In this document: positions 1 through 10,441 of the stretch, piece by piece
Layout of the letters: every line of letters starts with the position of its first letter
How positions within the stretch are numbered: position 1 is the stretch's first letter
DNA from: Candidatus Atelocyanobacterium thalassae
GTDB taxonomy: Bacteria; Cyanobacteriota; Cyanobacteriia; Cyanobacteriales; Microcystaceae
NCBI GenBank assembly: GCA_051971635.1
Contig: JBFPLN010000001.1
Coordinates: forward strand, 64,001-128,000
Direction: 5' to 3'
Length of the DNA: 64,000 nt
Translations under genes and position numbers: made by a program
Notes under the pieces: generated by a model
Told to the model about the DNA's origin: nothing
The model's database searches: none
The model's input: only the letters and a program-made list of their open reading frames with translations

Positions 1-153
1 TAATCATTAGCTTCATAAACAGTATTAAGATTACAAGACCTTAGTATTTAAGCTAATAATGTTGAAACTTGCCCTAAAACTAGAAAATTACATGTATAAC
101 GAGCCATAAAATCATTCCTAATTTTTTACTATTTAGATATAAGTTTTCTTAAT

Positions 154-1107
154 ATGGATCATTTTCAACAGCTAATAGGGCAATCACAGAGCACTACTCT
201 ATTGAAACAAATAATTATTAAAAACCAGATTGCTCCTGCTTACCTTTTTTCTGGGCCAGTCGGTGTCGGGCGCAAATTAGCTGCAAAATGTTTCTGTAAA
301 TCACTATTTTCACTTTCAGAGATATCACAAAAAAATCAGATAACCTTGGAACAAAGAATTGTTAATGGTAATCATCCAGATCTGTATTGGATAGAACCGA
401 CTTATCAATATAAAGGAAAACTATTTACTGTAAAACAAGCTCAAGAATCTGGATTAAAAATAAACTCATTCTCTCAAATTCGTATAGATCAAATTCGCAG
501 TATTACACGCTTTTTAAGTCGTTTACCTTTAGAAAGTATTCGTTCTGTAGTAATAATAGAAGGAGCAGAACTAATGACTGAAGCTGCATCTAACGGATTA
601 CTAAAAACTTTAGAGGAAGCTAAGTCAGCAATAATAATTTTGATCGCTTCTAATTTAAATTTACTACTACCAACCTTAGTATCTCGTTGTCAAATAGTAC
701 CTTTTTATAATCTTTCACAAGACTTTTTAAAACAAGTTTTAATTGCGTTAGATTATGGAAGAATAGTAGAGGAAGAAGAAATAATAAAACTTAGTCAAGG
801 AAGTCCTGGCAAGGCAATTAACTATTGGAAGCAATCACAACTTATTCCTTCTGAACTTAAAAACACTCTGAAACAAATCCCTTTAAGTGACTTAACTTCC
901 TTAGAGTTATCAAAAAAAATAACTATGGAATTAGATAGTTCTGCTCAACTATTCCTACTGGATTATCTTCAGCATTTTTATTGGGAGAAATTTAGGAATA
1001 GAAGCTTACTTGAATCACTAGAAGTTGCTAAGCATCAGCTTCTTAATCATTTAAACTCAAGGTTGGTTTGGGATTTTTTATTGATAAAAACAAGTCATAT
1101 GTTATAA
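154..1107 (+). CDS. holB: DNA polymerase III subunit delta'
   Basis: AYLFSGPVGVGR degenerate P-loop, NHPDL, ASNGLLKTLEE and SRCQ motifs typical of HolB. Confidence 0.92.
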   Translation: MDHFQQLIGQSQSTTLLKQIIIKNQIAPAYLFSGPVGVGRKLAAKCFCKSLFSLSEISQKNQITLEQRIVNGNHPDLYWIEPTYQYKGKLFTVKQAQESGLKINSFSQIRIDQIRSITRFLSRLPLESIRSVVIIEGAELMTEAASNGLLKTLEEAKSAIIILIASNLNLLLPTLVSRCQIVPFYNLSQDFLKQVLIALDYGRIVEEEEIIKLSQGSPGKAINYWKQSQLIPSELKNTLKQIPLSDLTSLELSKKITMELDSSAQLFLLDYLQHFYWEKFRNRSLLESLEVAKHQLLNHLNSRLVWDFLLIKTSHML

Positions 1108-3390
1108 GTTTGAGTTGTTAAAATTTATATTTTCAGAAGTTAAAGTTTTTATTCTTTTAAGTAAAAAATTAGGTTGTATAGGTTTTATTAAATAATCATC
1201 AATTCCTGTTTCAGCAATTTCTAGCCACTCCTTCGATGTAATTGTATCTTTTAAAAAGAGTACTTTAATAGATTTAGTCTCTGAAGATTTCTTCAATATC
1301 TTACTAATTTTCAGAGCTTTAGATAAATCTTGATCTAAAATAATTGCTATAGGTTGAATTAACTCTATTTTTCTTATTAATTTAATATCATTAATTAACC
1401 AAATGAAATAATAATTAGCTGATGTTAATAATTCTTCAAGTAAAGTCGCAATTTTCCTGTTACTCTCTATCAGAATAATTATTCTAGTAGAAAATAGTGA
1501 TTCTCTCTGATTTATTAGTCTACTATTTAACCTATCTTTGAGATGAGATTGGTTAGGAATTCTAATCGTGAAAATAGATCCCTTATTTACTAGGGATTTT
1601 ACCTCGATAGTTCCACTATGTAACTCAACTAGTTGCTTGGTCAAAGCTAAACCTAGTCCTGTTCCCCCATAAACGCGTTTTCTATGATTTTCTAGTTTCT
1701 GAAATAATTTAAACAATAAAGGAATTTGATCTGTCTTAATACCTATTCCTGTATCTTCTACTTGCCAAACTACTTCCTCTCTATCTCTCCAAACTCTTAG
1801 TATTACAGTTCCATTTTCTGGGGTAAACTTTAAAGCATTATTTAGTAAATAATAAAGAATATGCTTCATTCTTATGGGATCAGCTAAGAATGTATCTTCT
1901 ATAGAATTAATTTTTAAATCTAATTTTAAGTTAATATGTCGGTGAATCTCTTCTTTATAAACTTTCTGTAGAATATTTTTGGCAATATCACTTAGAGAAA
2001 ATTCTTGAATATTCAATAAGCATTTTCCTGTTTGTAAATTTGAATACTCTAAAATCTCATTAATTATTTGAAGTAGGTTTTCACCACTATTTTGAATAGT
2101 TTCTAAATAATGTTTTCTCTTTTCTAAGGATAGTGTCGATTCCTCTTTTGACCAATATGATAAAGTACCTGACAAACCGATAATACAAGTTAATGGAGTG
2201 CGAAGCTCATGGCTCATATTACCCAAAAATTCACTTTTCGAATGATTAGCTGCCTGAGAAGCAACTAAAGTATCACAAAGTTCCTGCGTTCTTCTGATAA
2301 CTTTTTGTTTTAATATATGTCTTTCTGCTTGAGATTGAGAATATAGCTGTGCCTGATGAATAGCAACATCTAAATGTTCTGTAATTTTTTCTAAAGTAGC
2401 TTTTTCATCTCTTAGCCATTTCCGCTTATGGAGACATTGATGGGCAACCAAGAGTCCCCATAGATTACCATTTACTATAATAGGAGTTATTATTTCGGAA
2501 AGTATCCGATATTTACTTAATAAGTTTTGAAAGCATGAATAAACGAAAGAATATTTATTTATATTATGGAAGTCAATTGATTTCTCATAGTATTTTGGAA
2601 CTCTAATAAAAATCTTACTTTCTATTAAGACATTTAATAAAGAAGGAGTATCTTTGCTAACAAGCGATTGATGAGTAACATAGCCATCACCTGTGATTAA
2701 ATAATAATTTTTAGAAGCAGTTAACTGTTTACCATTAAATTTATAAACAATTAAGCGATCAACTTCCAAAAATTCTCTTAACTCCTTAACAGTAGTCTCC
2801 AGAATAGTTGACAGGTAGAGAGTTTGGCGAATTTTACTAATTATTTGACTTAGGAGCCTCTCTCGTTTTAGTTTGCTCTGAATATCTTCTTTGAGAGGGG
2901 AAATAACTAGTGATTTTTGGTAAATAGAATAGGAATTATTAGTGTTTTTAGGCTCTAATATATCCTCTAGATGATTATTCAAGTATAATTGCAAATTTGT
3001 TAACTGGATATTATTAATATTTAAGTAAGGAACAAATTGTTTTTTCCATATTGAAGTGTGGTTTAAGTGTATATATAATTTTCGAATAAAGTTAGTAATA
3101 TAATCTGCCTCTGTAGTAATTGTGACTTGATAAGATAAAGAGGAAGTGCTTAGTGAGCCCTGAAGGAGCGTACTAAATTGAGGAGACAAAAAAAGATAAA
3201 AGGTTTTTAAATCTGTTACTATGGAGGGATCTTCTATTTCTAGAGCAAGTATAGAATTTGTTAATAGAATCCCTGTAGAACCTCTAATTTTTAAAAGCTC
3301 TCTCCAAAGAGAACAGAGCTTCTCAAACTTATATATAGATATAATCCGTTGTAAAATTGGTTCTTGAGCAAGATTCATCAGCTTAGACAA
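1102..3390 (-). CDS. cikA: CikA-like GAF-histidine kinase-receiver-like protein (circadian input kinase); start may be the ATG four codons in (MNLAQ)
   Basis: GAF (LWGLLVAHQC), H-box MSHELRTPLTCIIGLSGTL, HATPase (NALKFT, DTGIGI, GTGLGL) and C-terminal receiver-like domain. Confidence 0.85.
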   Translation of the reverse strand: MSKLMNLAQEPILQRIISIYKFEKLCSLWRELLKIRGSTGILLTNSILALEIEDPSIVTDLKTFYLFLSPQFSTLLQGSLSTSSLSYQVTITTEADYITNFIRKLYIHLNHTSIWKKQFVPYLNINNIQLTNLQLYLNNHLEDILEPKNTNNSYSIYQKSLVISPLKEDIQSKLKRERLLSQIISKIRQTLYLSTILETTVKELREFLEVDRLIVYKFNGKQLTASKNYYLITGDGYVTHQSLVSKDTPSLLNVLIESKIFIRVPKYYEKSIDFHNINKYSFVYSCFQNLLSKYRILSEIITPIIVNGNLWGLLVAHQCLHKRKWLRDEKATLEKITEHLDVAIHQAQLYSQSQAERHILKQKVIRRTQELCDTLVASQAANHSKSEFLGNMSHELRTPLTCIIGLSGTLSYWSKEESTLSLEKRKHYLETIQNSGENLLQIINEILEYSNLQTGKCLLNIQEFSLSDIAKNILQKVYKEEIHRHINLKLDLKINSIEDTFLADPIRMKHILYYLLNNALKFTPENGTVILRVWRDREEVVWQVEDTGIGIKTDQIPLLFKLFQKLENHRKRVYGGTGLGLALTKQLVELHSGTIEVKSLVNKGSIFTIRIPNQSHLKDRLNSRLINQRESLFSTRIIILIESNRKIATLLEELLTSANYYFIWLINDIKLIRKIELIQPIAIILDQDLSKALKISKILKKSSETKSIKVLFLKDTITSKEWLEIAETGIDDYLIKPIQPNFLLKRIKTLTSENINFNNSNL

Positions 3391-3467
3391 AACTAAAGGA
3401 AAAAAAATAAAAATATTCTATTGCTCTATCCTGAAACTTAATGTTGTTTTAACTTTGAGGAAATACT

Positions 3468-6400
3468 ATGCATCGAATAGCTTCGACTCCTGGAACTTGG
3501 AATACGCAACAAGATGGAGTTATTCTTGTGGAGCAAAGTCAAGCTCCAATCATATTTTTAACAGCAGCAGATACGGATATTCAAAGTTTAGCAAATTGTT
3601 TAAAGCTTTTACCAGATAATTTCCCAAAAATACGTGCTCTAAATATTTTGTACTTAAAACAACAGTTAAGTATTGATGATTATTCAGATAAAGTATTATC
3701 TAAATCTAGAGTTATTATTTTACGCTTATTGGGAGGGACATCATATTGGCCCTATGGACTAGAAGTTGTTAAACATATTGCTGAACTAAATAATATAAGC
3801 CTTTTTATCTTACCAGGAGACGATCTTTCTGATACTATTTTAATGAGTCATTCAACAGTTCCTTTTCATCAAAGTAATAAACTATGGAACTACATAAGTG
3901 AAGGAGGGCAAAAAAATTGGTCGAATGCATTAAAGTACATTTCTAATAACTATTTTCAAACTAAATATAATATTGAAGAACCAGAAATAGTTCCTAATTT
4001 TGGTATTTACCAAAATGATTGGATCGATAATACTATCAAAAAAAATGTTGTTATATTGTTTTATCGCTCACATTATCTTTCTGGCAATTTATTACCGATT
4101 GATCTTTTATGCGAAAGTTTATTAAATAAAAAATTATTTCCTTTACCTATATTTATCACCTCCTTAAGAGATGTTGCTGTACAGATCGAATTGATTAATT
4201 ATCTTAATAGTGTAAAAAATATTTCTTGTCAGTTATTACTTAATACTACTAGTTTTGCAGTTACAAAGATTGATAATGAATATAATTCTAAGAATAATTT
4301 ATGGCAAAAATTAGATTGTCCAGTTTTACAAGTAATTTTTAGTAGTTCAACATTAGAGCAATGGAATGAAAGCTTTCAAGGATTGAGTCCTCGAGATGTA
4401 GCTATGAACATTGCCTTACCAGAAATTGACGGAAAAATCATAACTCGTGCAATTTCTTTCAAGTCTGTTAAAGTATGGAATAAAAATTTGGAAACAGATG
4501 TTGTTATCTATTCACCTGTTAAGGACAGGGTTGATTTTGTTGCTGATTTAGCAAGTAATTATATTAATCTTAAAAATAGTTCTATCTCTGAGAGAAAAAT
4601 TGCTATAGTTTTAGCCAATTATCCAAATAAAGACGGGAGACTTGCGAATGGTGTTGGGCTAGATACTCCAGCAAGTTGTATAGAGATTCTCAAGGCACTT
4701 AAAAAAGAAGGTTATAGTATTGAAAATATACCTGAATCAGGCGATGAACTAATAAAGTGTTTAACAAAAGGTGTAACAAATGATCCTGAAGGTAAGGAAT
4801 TACGAATAATTTACCAATCAGTCTCTTACACAGAATATAAACAATATTTTCAAAGTTTGCCTTCAAAGATCAAGAAAGAAATTGAAGAACGTTGGCAACA
4901 TATCTTTGATAATAATGAAAATATTTCATTTCCAGTCTCTGGTATTCAATTGGGTAATATTTTTATAGGTGTTCAACCATCTAGAGGTTATGATTTAGAT
5001 CCAAGTTTAAATTATCATGCTCCTGATTTAGAACCGACACCTCATTACTTGGCGTATTATTATTGGTTAAAAAATAAATTTAAAGCTTCAGCGATTGTTA
5101 ACGTAGGTAAGCATGGTAACTTGGAATGGTTGCCAGGAAAAAGTCTTGCATTATCATCAGTTTGCTATCCTGAAATCGTACTAGGTAGTATTCCTAACTT
5201 TTATCCTTTTATCGTCAATGATCCAGGAGAAGGAGCGCAAGCTAAACGTCGTTCACATGCAACTATTATAGATCATTTAACTCCCCCTTTGACTCGTGCA
5301 GAGCTATATGGTGATTTAGAACAATTAGAAATTCTTATTGATGAATACTATGAGGCACAAGCTTTAGATCCTAAACGTCTAAAGATAATTATAGATAGGA
5401 TTAAAGAACTAATTATTACGACTAACATTGATAATGATTTAGGAATAAAAGAAATAGATTTTGATTCCTTATCTACATTCTTACAATTAACAGATGGATA
5501 TTTATGTGAACTAAAAGAAGCACAAATTAGAGATGGGTTACATATATTAGGAAAGTGTCCTGAAAATGTTCAATTAAGGGATTTAATTTTAGCGATTGCT
5601 CGTTCTCCTGGTTCTAATAGGCTTGGATTAACAACAGCATTAGCTAAAGATTTAAAATTATCTTTTAAACCTCTAACAGCAGATTTTAGTGTTTCTTTTT
5701 CAGATTCTATTTTCCCTACTTTCATACCTCAAGATCTTTTGTTTCAACTTCAAGGATCTTCTTCTATTGGTAATGTTGTAGAAGTCTTAGAACATTACTC
5801 ACAAACTTTAATTGAAAACCTAATTAGTAAAACTGAAACTCCAGAAATAATTCATTTTCAAAACACTTGTAAAGAAATAAGTTGGATACAAAGTTTTTTA
5901 ATTCCAAAATTATATGAGACTGATCAAGAAATTAGTAATCTACTCAAAGGATTAGATGGGAAGTATGTTCCTAGTGGAGCATCAGGTACACCAACCAGGG
6001 GTAAAGTCGAGGTTCTCCCTACAGGTAGAAATTTCTACTCGGTTGATATTCGTGCTATCCCGACACAAACAGCTTGGGCTGTAGGGAAAAAAGCAGCAGA
6101 AATTCTTGTCGAAAAATATACTCAAGACAATGGAGAGTATCCAAAAAATCTAGCAATTTCTATCTGGGGAACTTCAACCATGCGAACTGGTGGTGATGAT
6201 ATAGCTCAAGTCTTAGCTTTGTTGGGAGCGAAACCTATTTGGGATAGATCCAGAGTAATAGATTACGAAATTATTCCTTTATCAGTGCTAGGAAGACCTC
6301 GTATTGATGTGACAGTAAGAATATCAGGCTTTTTTCGAGATAGCTTTCCTAATTTATTATTATTATTGTCAAATGTAATTGAAGATTTATCAAAATTAGA

Positions 6401-7220
6401 AGAAGAGAAAGATGCCAATCCTTTAGCCATGCAAGTCAATAAAGAAAAAATATTTTGGCAAGAGCAAGGTTTAACTGATCAAGAAGCACATTTAAAATCC
6501 TGTCATAGAATATTTGGTTCGAAGCCTGGAGCATATGGAGCTGGTTTACAGGGACTGATTGAGGCTCAAAATTGGGAAAATGATGAAGATTTAGCGAGAG
6601 CTTATATCAACTGGAGTTGTTATGCTTATGATAAAAATGGAAAAGCACATAAAGTTCCTAAAATATTTGAACAACGACTTAAACAGCTACAAATTGTTTT
6701 ACATAATCAAGACAACCGAGAACATGATTTATTGGATTCTGATGATTACTATCAATTTCAGGGAGGCTTAACTGTATCTATTAGAAGCATAACTGGTAAA
6801 AATCCCCAAACTTATTTTGGAGATAATTCAGTTGTCGATAACCCTAGAATAAAATCATTAAAGGAAGAAATATCTAAAGTGTATCGTTCTCGTGTTATTA
6901 ATCCTAAATGGATTAGAGGTGTTATGAGGCATGGCTATAAAGGTGGATTTGAAATGGCTGCTACAGTTGATTATTTATTTGCTTACGATGCTACAACTCA
7001 CTGTGTAGAAGATTTTATGTACGAAGGGATAGCTCAAAAATATGTTTTTGACAAAAATGTAAAAGAATTTATGGAAGAAAAAAATCCTTGGGCTTTACGA
7101 GATATTGCAGAAAGGCTATTAGAAGCTAATCAAAGAGGTCTATGGAAAAATACTAATCAAAAAATTCTTGATAATCTAAGAGATGTCGTTCATCAGGCAG
7201 AAAGGATAATAGAGGAATGA
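3468..7220 (+). CDS. cobN: Cobaltochelatase subunit CobN
   Basis: MHRIA start, GKHGNLEWLPGK, LPTGRNFYSVD, DNREHDLLDSDDYYQFQGG; 1250 aa. Confidence 0.95.
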   Translation: MHRIASTPGTWNTQQDGVILVEQSQAPIIFLTAADTDIQSLANCLKLLPDNFPKIRALNILYLKQQLSIDDYSDKVLSKSRVIILRLLGGTSYWPYGLEVVKHIAELNNISLFILPGDDLSDTILMSHSTVPFHQSNKLWNYISEGGQKNWSNALKYISNNYFQTKYNIEEPEIVPNFGIYQNDWIDNTIKKNVVILFYRSHYLSGNLLPIDLLCESLLNKKLFPLPIFITSLRDVAVQIELINYLNSVKNISCQLLLNTTSFAVTKIDNEYNSKNNLWQKLDCPVLQVIFSSSTLEQWNESFQGLSPRDVAMNIALPEIDGKIITRAISFKSVKVWNKNLETDVVIYSPVKDRVDFVADLASNYINLKNSSISERKIAIVLANYPNKDGRLANGVGLDTPASCIEILKALKKEGYSIENIPESGDELIKCLTKGVTNDPEGKELRIIYQSVSYTEYKQYFQSLPSKIKKEIEERWQHIFDNNENISFPVSGIQLGNIFIGVQPSRGYDLDPSLNYHAPDLEPTPHYLAYYYWLKNKFKASAIVNVGKHGNLEWLPGKSLALSSVCYPEIVLGSIPNFYPFIVNDPGEGAQAKRRSHATIIDHLTPPLTRAELYGDLEQLEILIDEYYEAQALDPKRLKIIIDRIKELIITTNIDNDLGIKEIDFDSLSTFLQLTDGYLCELKEAQIRDGLHILGKCPENVQLRDLILAIARSPGSNRLGLTTALAKDLKLSFKPLTADFSVSFSDSIFPTFIPQDLLFQLQGSSSIGNVVEVLEHYSQTLIENLISKTETPEIIHFQNTCKEISWIQSFLIPKLYETDQEISNLLKGLDGKYVPSGASGTPTRGKVEVLPTGRNFYSVDIRAIPTQTAWAVGKKAAEILVEKYTQDNGEYPKNLAISIWGTSTMRTGGDDIAQVLALLGAKPIWDRSRVIDYEIIPLSVLGRPRIDVTVRISGFFRDSFPNLLLLLSNVIEDLSKLEEEKDANPLAMQVNKEKIFWQEQGLTDQEAHLKSCHRIFGSKPGAYGAGLQGLIEAQNWENDEDLARAYINWSCYAYDKNGKAHKVPKIFEQRLKQLQIVLHNQDNREHDLLDSDDYYQFQGGLTVSIRSITGKNPQTYFGDNSVVDNPRIKSLKEEISKVYRSRVINPKWIRGVMRHGYKGGFEMAATVDYLFAYDATTHCVEDFMYEGIAQKYVFDKNVKEFMEEKNPWALRDIAERLLEANQRGLWKNTNQKILDNLRDVVHQAERIIEE

Positions 7221-7360
7221 TTAAAGTTGCCAATAGTCGACATAATTCATTGTTATTAGAGTTCAAATAGTTTTACTTTAAAGAAGATTTTTAAATTTGC
7301 ATCGAATTAGGTATTTTAATGATACCATTTAGGAGTCCATAACGAAGGGTGATTATCATT

Positions 7361-7843
7361 ATGCGCCTGTTAAAAACAATAGCTACCCAAGTTAAAAGTT
7401 GGTTTCCTGCTCCTACCGTCCATGCTCATTGTGATGGGCCTTGCGGTGTATACGATCCAGCTTCAGCTAGGATTGCAGCTGAAGCAGTAGTATCAATGAC
7501 AAAAAAGATTTTAGATTTACAGCCTCCAACTTCAAACAATATTGAAGCAGTAGCTGCTTATCAAAATACTCTATCTAGATATGTTGCTATAAAAGAAGAA
7601 CAGGCACATCTAGCAAAGAAAGAACTTTTAGTTCTTTGGACAGATTACTTTAAGCCTGTACATCTTGAGCAATATCCTGATTTACATACTAAATTTTGGA
7701 ATGCTGCAAAACTTTGTTCTGCCTGTAAGGTAGAAGTTAATTCAGATAACACAGAGAAATTAATGTCTGCAATAGAAGATATTCAACGTATTTTCTGGCA
7801 AACAAAGGGGAGAACTGACGTTTCTTGGTATAGAGCTAACTAG
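7361..7843 (+). CDS. sodN: Nickel superoxide dismutase precursor
   Basis: Ni-hook HCDGPCGVYDP after an N-terminal leader; ATG 7361 preferred over GTG 7349. Confidence 0.97.
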   Translation: MRLLKTIATQVKSWFPAPTVHAHCDGPCGVYDPASARIAAEAVVSMTKKILDLQPPTSNNIEAVAAYQNTLSRYVAIKEEQAHLAKKELLVLWTDYFKPVHLEQYPDLHTKFWNAAKLCSACKVEVNSDNTEKLMSAIEDIQRIFWQTKGRTDVSWYRAN

Positions 7844-7880
7844 ATTACTTAATTAATTTAGTTTTTAAACCTTATTACAT

Positions 7881-8231
7881 ATGTCTCGTATACGAAACAA
7901 TAACATAATAGATCTTATACTTTGGCTACTAGGACGACGACAACGTTTTAAAGTTGAAGGGTCATCAATGTCTCCTTGTCTCAATCCAGGAGATGAATTG
8001 CTGGTCCATCAACAAATTAGTAACCAACTAACTTTTTCTATTACAGATATTGTTGTAATGTCACATCCGCATTACCCAGATTTACAATTGATTAAAAGAG
8101 TGATTTCTGTTAATAAGGATGGATCTTGTTTTGTTAAAGGAGATAATGCTCTATATAGTACAGATAGTCGTTCATTTGGGTGGATAGAATCCAAGCTCAT
8201 TTGGGGTTATGTTACTAGTCGATTTTTTTAA
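7881..8231 (+). CDS. sodX: NiSOD maturation protease (S26-like)
   Basis: VEGSSMSP serine motif, IKRV, GDN..STDSRSFG; directly downstream of sodN. Confidence 0.93.
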   Translation: MSRIRNNNIIDLILWLLGRRQRFKVEGSSMSPCLNPGDELLVHQQISNQLTFSITDIVVMSHPHYPDLQLIKRVISVNKDGSCFVKGDNALYSTDSRSFGWIESKLIWGYVTSRFF

Positions 8232-8473
8232 TCCTAAAATAGAAGCATCTTAAAAATTGACATCCAATTTTTACAAATGAAAATTATTAATGTTGTATTA
8301 AATTTATACAACATAAAATTTTTCTAACTTTAAAATTTATAATATTATGGGCAGGTAATTAATTACTAGCCCTCTTTTTATTTATAAATAAAGGAAATAC
8401 ATTTTGTTGCAGTTTATTATACATACGAGCTGCTAATAATCTAAGTAGCATATTTTGTAAAAAATTTATAACT

Positions 8474-9325
8474 ATGAAATTAAAAGAAATCGAAAATATT
8501 ACTCGATCCATAGCCTGGGGTGCATCTAAAATTTTACACTCCTATTACTGTGGAGAAAATAAATTTAAAGTTACTAAATCATCAGATGGAAGCCCAGTAA
8601 CTACTGCTGATATTGAGTCTAATACTTATATTTTAAGAAACTTACAAACATTTTTTCCTAAAGATACTTTTGGTTATCTTAGTGAAGAGAATCATAATAA
8701 TAGTCATATTCAAAAAGATTGGGTATGGATTATTGATCCTTTAGATGGTACCAAAGAATTTATTAATAAGACTGGAGAATACGCTTTACATATTGCTTTG
8801 GCATATCAAGGACGTCCTGTTGTAGGTGTAGTAGCTATTCCCGAAACTCAAACAATTTATTTTGCTACTAAAGGATATGGAACATTTGCTGAAGACTTCA
8901 ATCATAAAATTACTCAAATTAAAGTATCAAATAAAAACACACCCAAGAAAGTATCTTTAATAGTTAGTCGATCTCATAGAAATGTTCGATTTCAATCACT
9001 TATAGATCATCTCTCTGAAGAAAAAATAATGTATATGGGTAGCTTGGGTAAAAAATTTACAACTATTCTTGAACAGAAAGCAGATGCTTATATTTCAATA
9101 TCCGGAAAGTCTGCACCTAAGGATTGGGATTTTGCAGCCCCAGATTTAATTCTTACTGAAGCAGGAGGAAAATTTACTTATTTTAATGGTGACATTCCAT
9201 TTTATAACCGTGGAGATGTATCTCAGTGGGGTAATTTTATAGCTAGTAATGGGGATTGCCATAAAATCTTATGTGAAAAATCTATAAAGGTTTTAAATGA
9301 AATTGATAGAAAGAATGTTATGTAA
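8474..9325 (+). CDS. cysQ: 3'(2'),5'-bisphosphate nucleotidase CysQ / inositol monophosphatase family
   Basis: PVTTAD, LSEE, WIIDPLDGTKEF and KDWDFAAP motifs. Confidence 0.8.
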   Translation: MKLKEIENITRSIAWGASKILHSYYCGENKFKVTKSSDGSPVTTADIESNTYILRNLQTFFPKDTFGYLSEENHNNSHIQKDWVWIIDPLDGTKEFINKTGEYALHIALAYQGRPVVGVVAIPETQTIYFATKGYGTFAEDFNHKITQIKVSNKNTPKKVSLIVSRSHRNVRFQSLIDHLSEEKIMYMGSLGKKFTTILEQKADAYISISGKSAPKDWDFAAPDLILTEAGGKFTYFNGDIPFYNRGDVSQWGNFIASNGDCHKILCEKSIKVLNEIDRKNVM

Positions 9326-9439
9326 GTTGATTATCAAATACTTTTTTATATACAACTTCCAAAAGCCTAAAAAGCTTAATTAAGTAGTATATATATTAAA
9401 CTGGTTAATGTTTTTAACTCATACATGAATGAAGTATAG

Positions 9440-10441
9440 TTACTTAGTGTTATGCATATAAATTAGGATTATTCCCAAGCCCAACCAGAGTAGGCTACAT
9501 ACACGTGTTAGTACCAAAGCTTTTTCTAATGCATTAAATGTAATTGGTTTTATAGGTTCTCCTAGTAAAGGTTTCTCTTTAGCTATACCGTTATAAATAT
9601 TTTTTCCTCCTAATTGAATTTCCAATACAGCAGCGTAAATACTTTCACTCCATCCTGAATTTGGACTTAAGTCTTTATCTCCATCACGATTACAAATTGA
9701 AAGAACATAATAAGGCCTTCCTGATAATATTGCTAAAGTAAAGACTCCTAAACGACAAGGAATCCAGGTCAAAATATCTTCTAAGTTTGCACTAAACCAG
9801 CCAATATCAGTAAAAGGCTCTTTCTTGTAACCAATAGTAGAGTCAAGAGTGCTAGAGGCTTTGTAGGCTAAAGCAAGGGCAAGACTATTTGTGTAGGGGC
9901 ATAGAGCACCAACTATTGCATAAAATAAAGGAGCCATTACTCCATCTATAGAATTTTCCGAAATAGTTTCTAGTATTGTACGCCAAATTTCTTTTTTGGA
10001 AAGATTTTTAGTTTCTCTGCCTACATACTGACTAAGTTTTATTCTAGCAAGATCAATTTTATTATTATTTAAAGGAATAAAAACATCAATAGCCGCTAGC
10101 CTTAAACTTCTTCCAGCAAAACAGCTAGCCAATAAAATACTCTCTATAATAATTCCTGCCAGAGGAGAGAAGTGGTACTTTATCAAACCAATAACCCAGC
10201 CAAAAATACCACTAACAAAAACTAATAATATTCCTAAAACAATTCCTGCACAACGACGCACAATTTTCCTCTTACAGAATTTAAGAATGAAATTAGAATA
10301 TTTAAAAATTAACCATCCCATTACTTGAACAGGATGTAAATATTTAGATGGATCACTAACAAAATAATCAATTGTGGTAGCAATAACCAGAATAGCTATG
10401 GGAAAATTGGTATTCAAAATCATGTTCTGTCCGTTAGTCAT
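9440..10441 (-). CDS. cbiB: Adenosylcobinamide-phosphate synthase CbiB/CobD
   Basis: DP..YLHPVQVMG, SENSIDGVMAPLFY, YKASSTLDSTIGY, SPNSGWSE motifs. Confidence 0.93.
   Translation of the reverse strand: MTNGQNMILNTNFPIAILVIATTIDYFVSDPSKYLHPVQVMGWLIFKYSNFILKFCKRKIVRRCAGIVLGILLVFVSGIFGWVIGLIKYHFSPLAGIIIESILLASCFAGRSLRLAAIDVFIPLNNNKIDLARIKLSQYVGRETKNLSKKEIWRTILETISENSIDGVMAPLFYAIVGALCPYTNSLALALAYKASSTLDSTIGYKKEPFTDIGWFSANLEDILTWIPCRLGVFTLAILSGRPYYVLSICNRDGDKDLSPNSGWSESIYAAVLEIQLGGKNIYNGIAKEKPLLGEPIKPITFNALEKALVLTRVCSLLWLGLGIILIYMHNTK

Noticed and set aside
1102..1107. Convergent 6-nt overlap of holB and cikA
   Set aside because: Short tail-to-tail overlaps are common in compact genomes.
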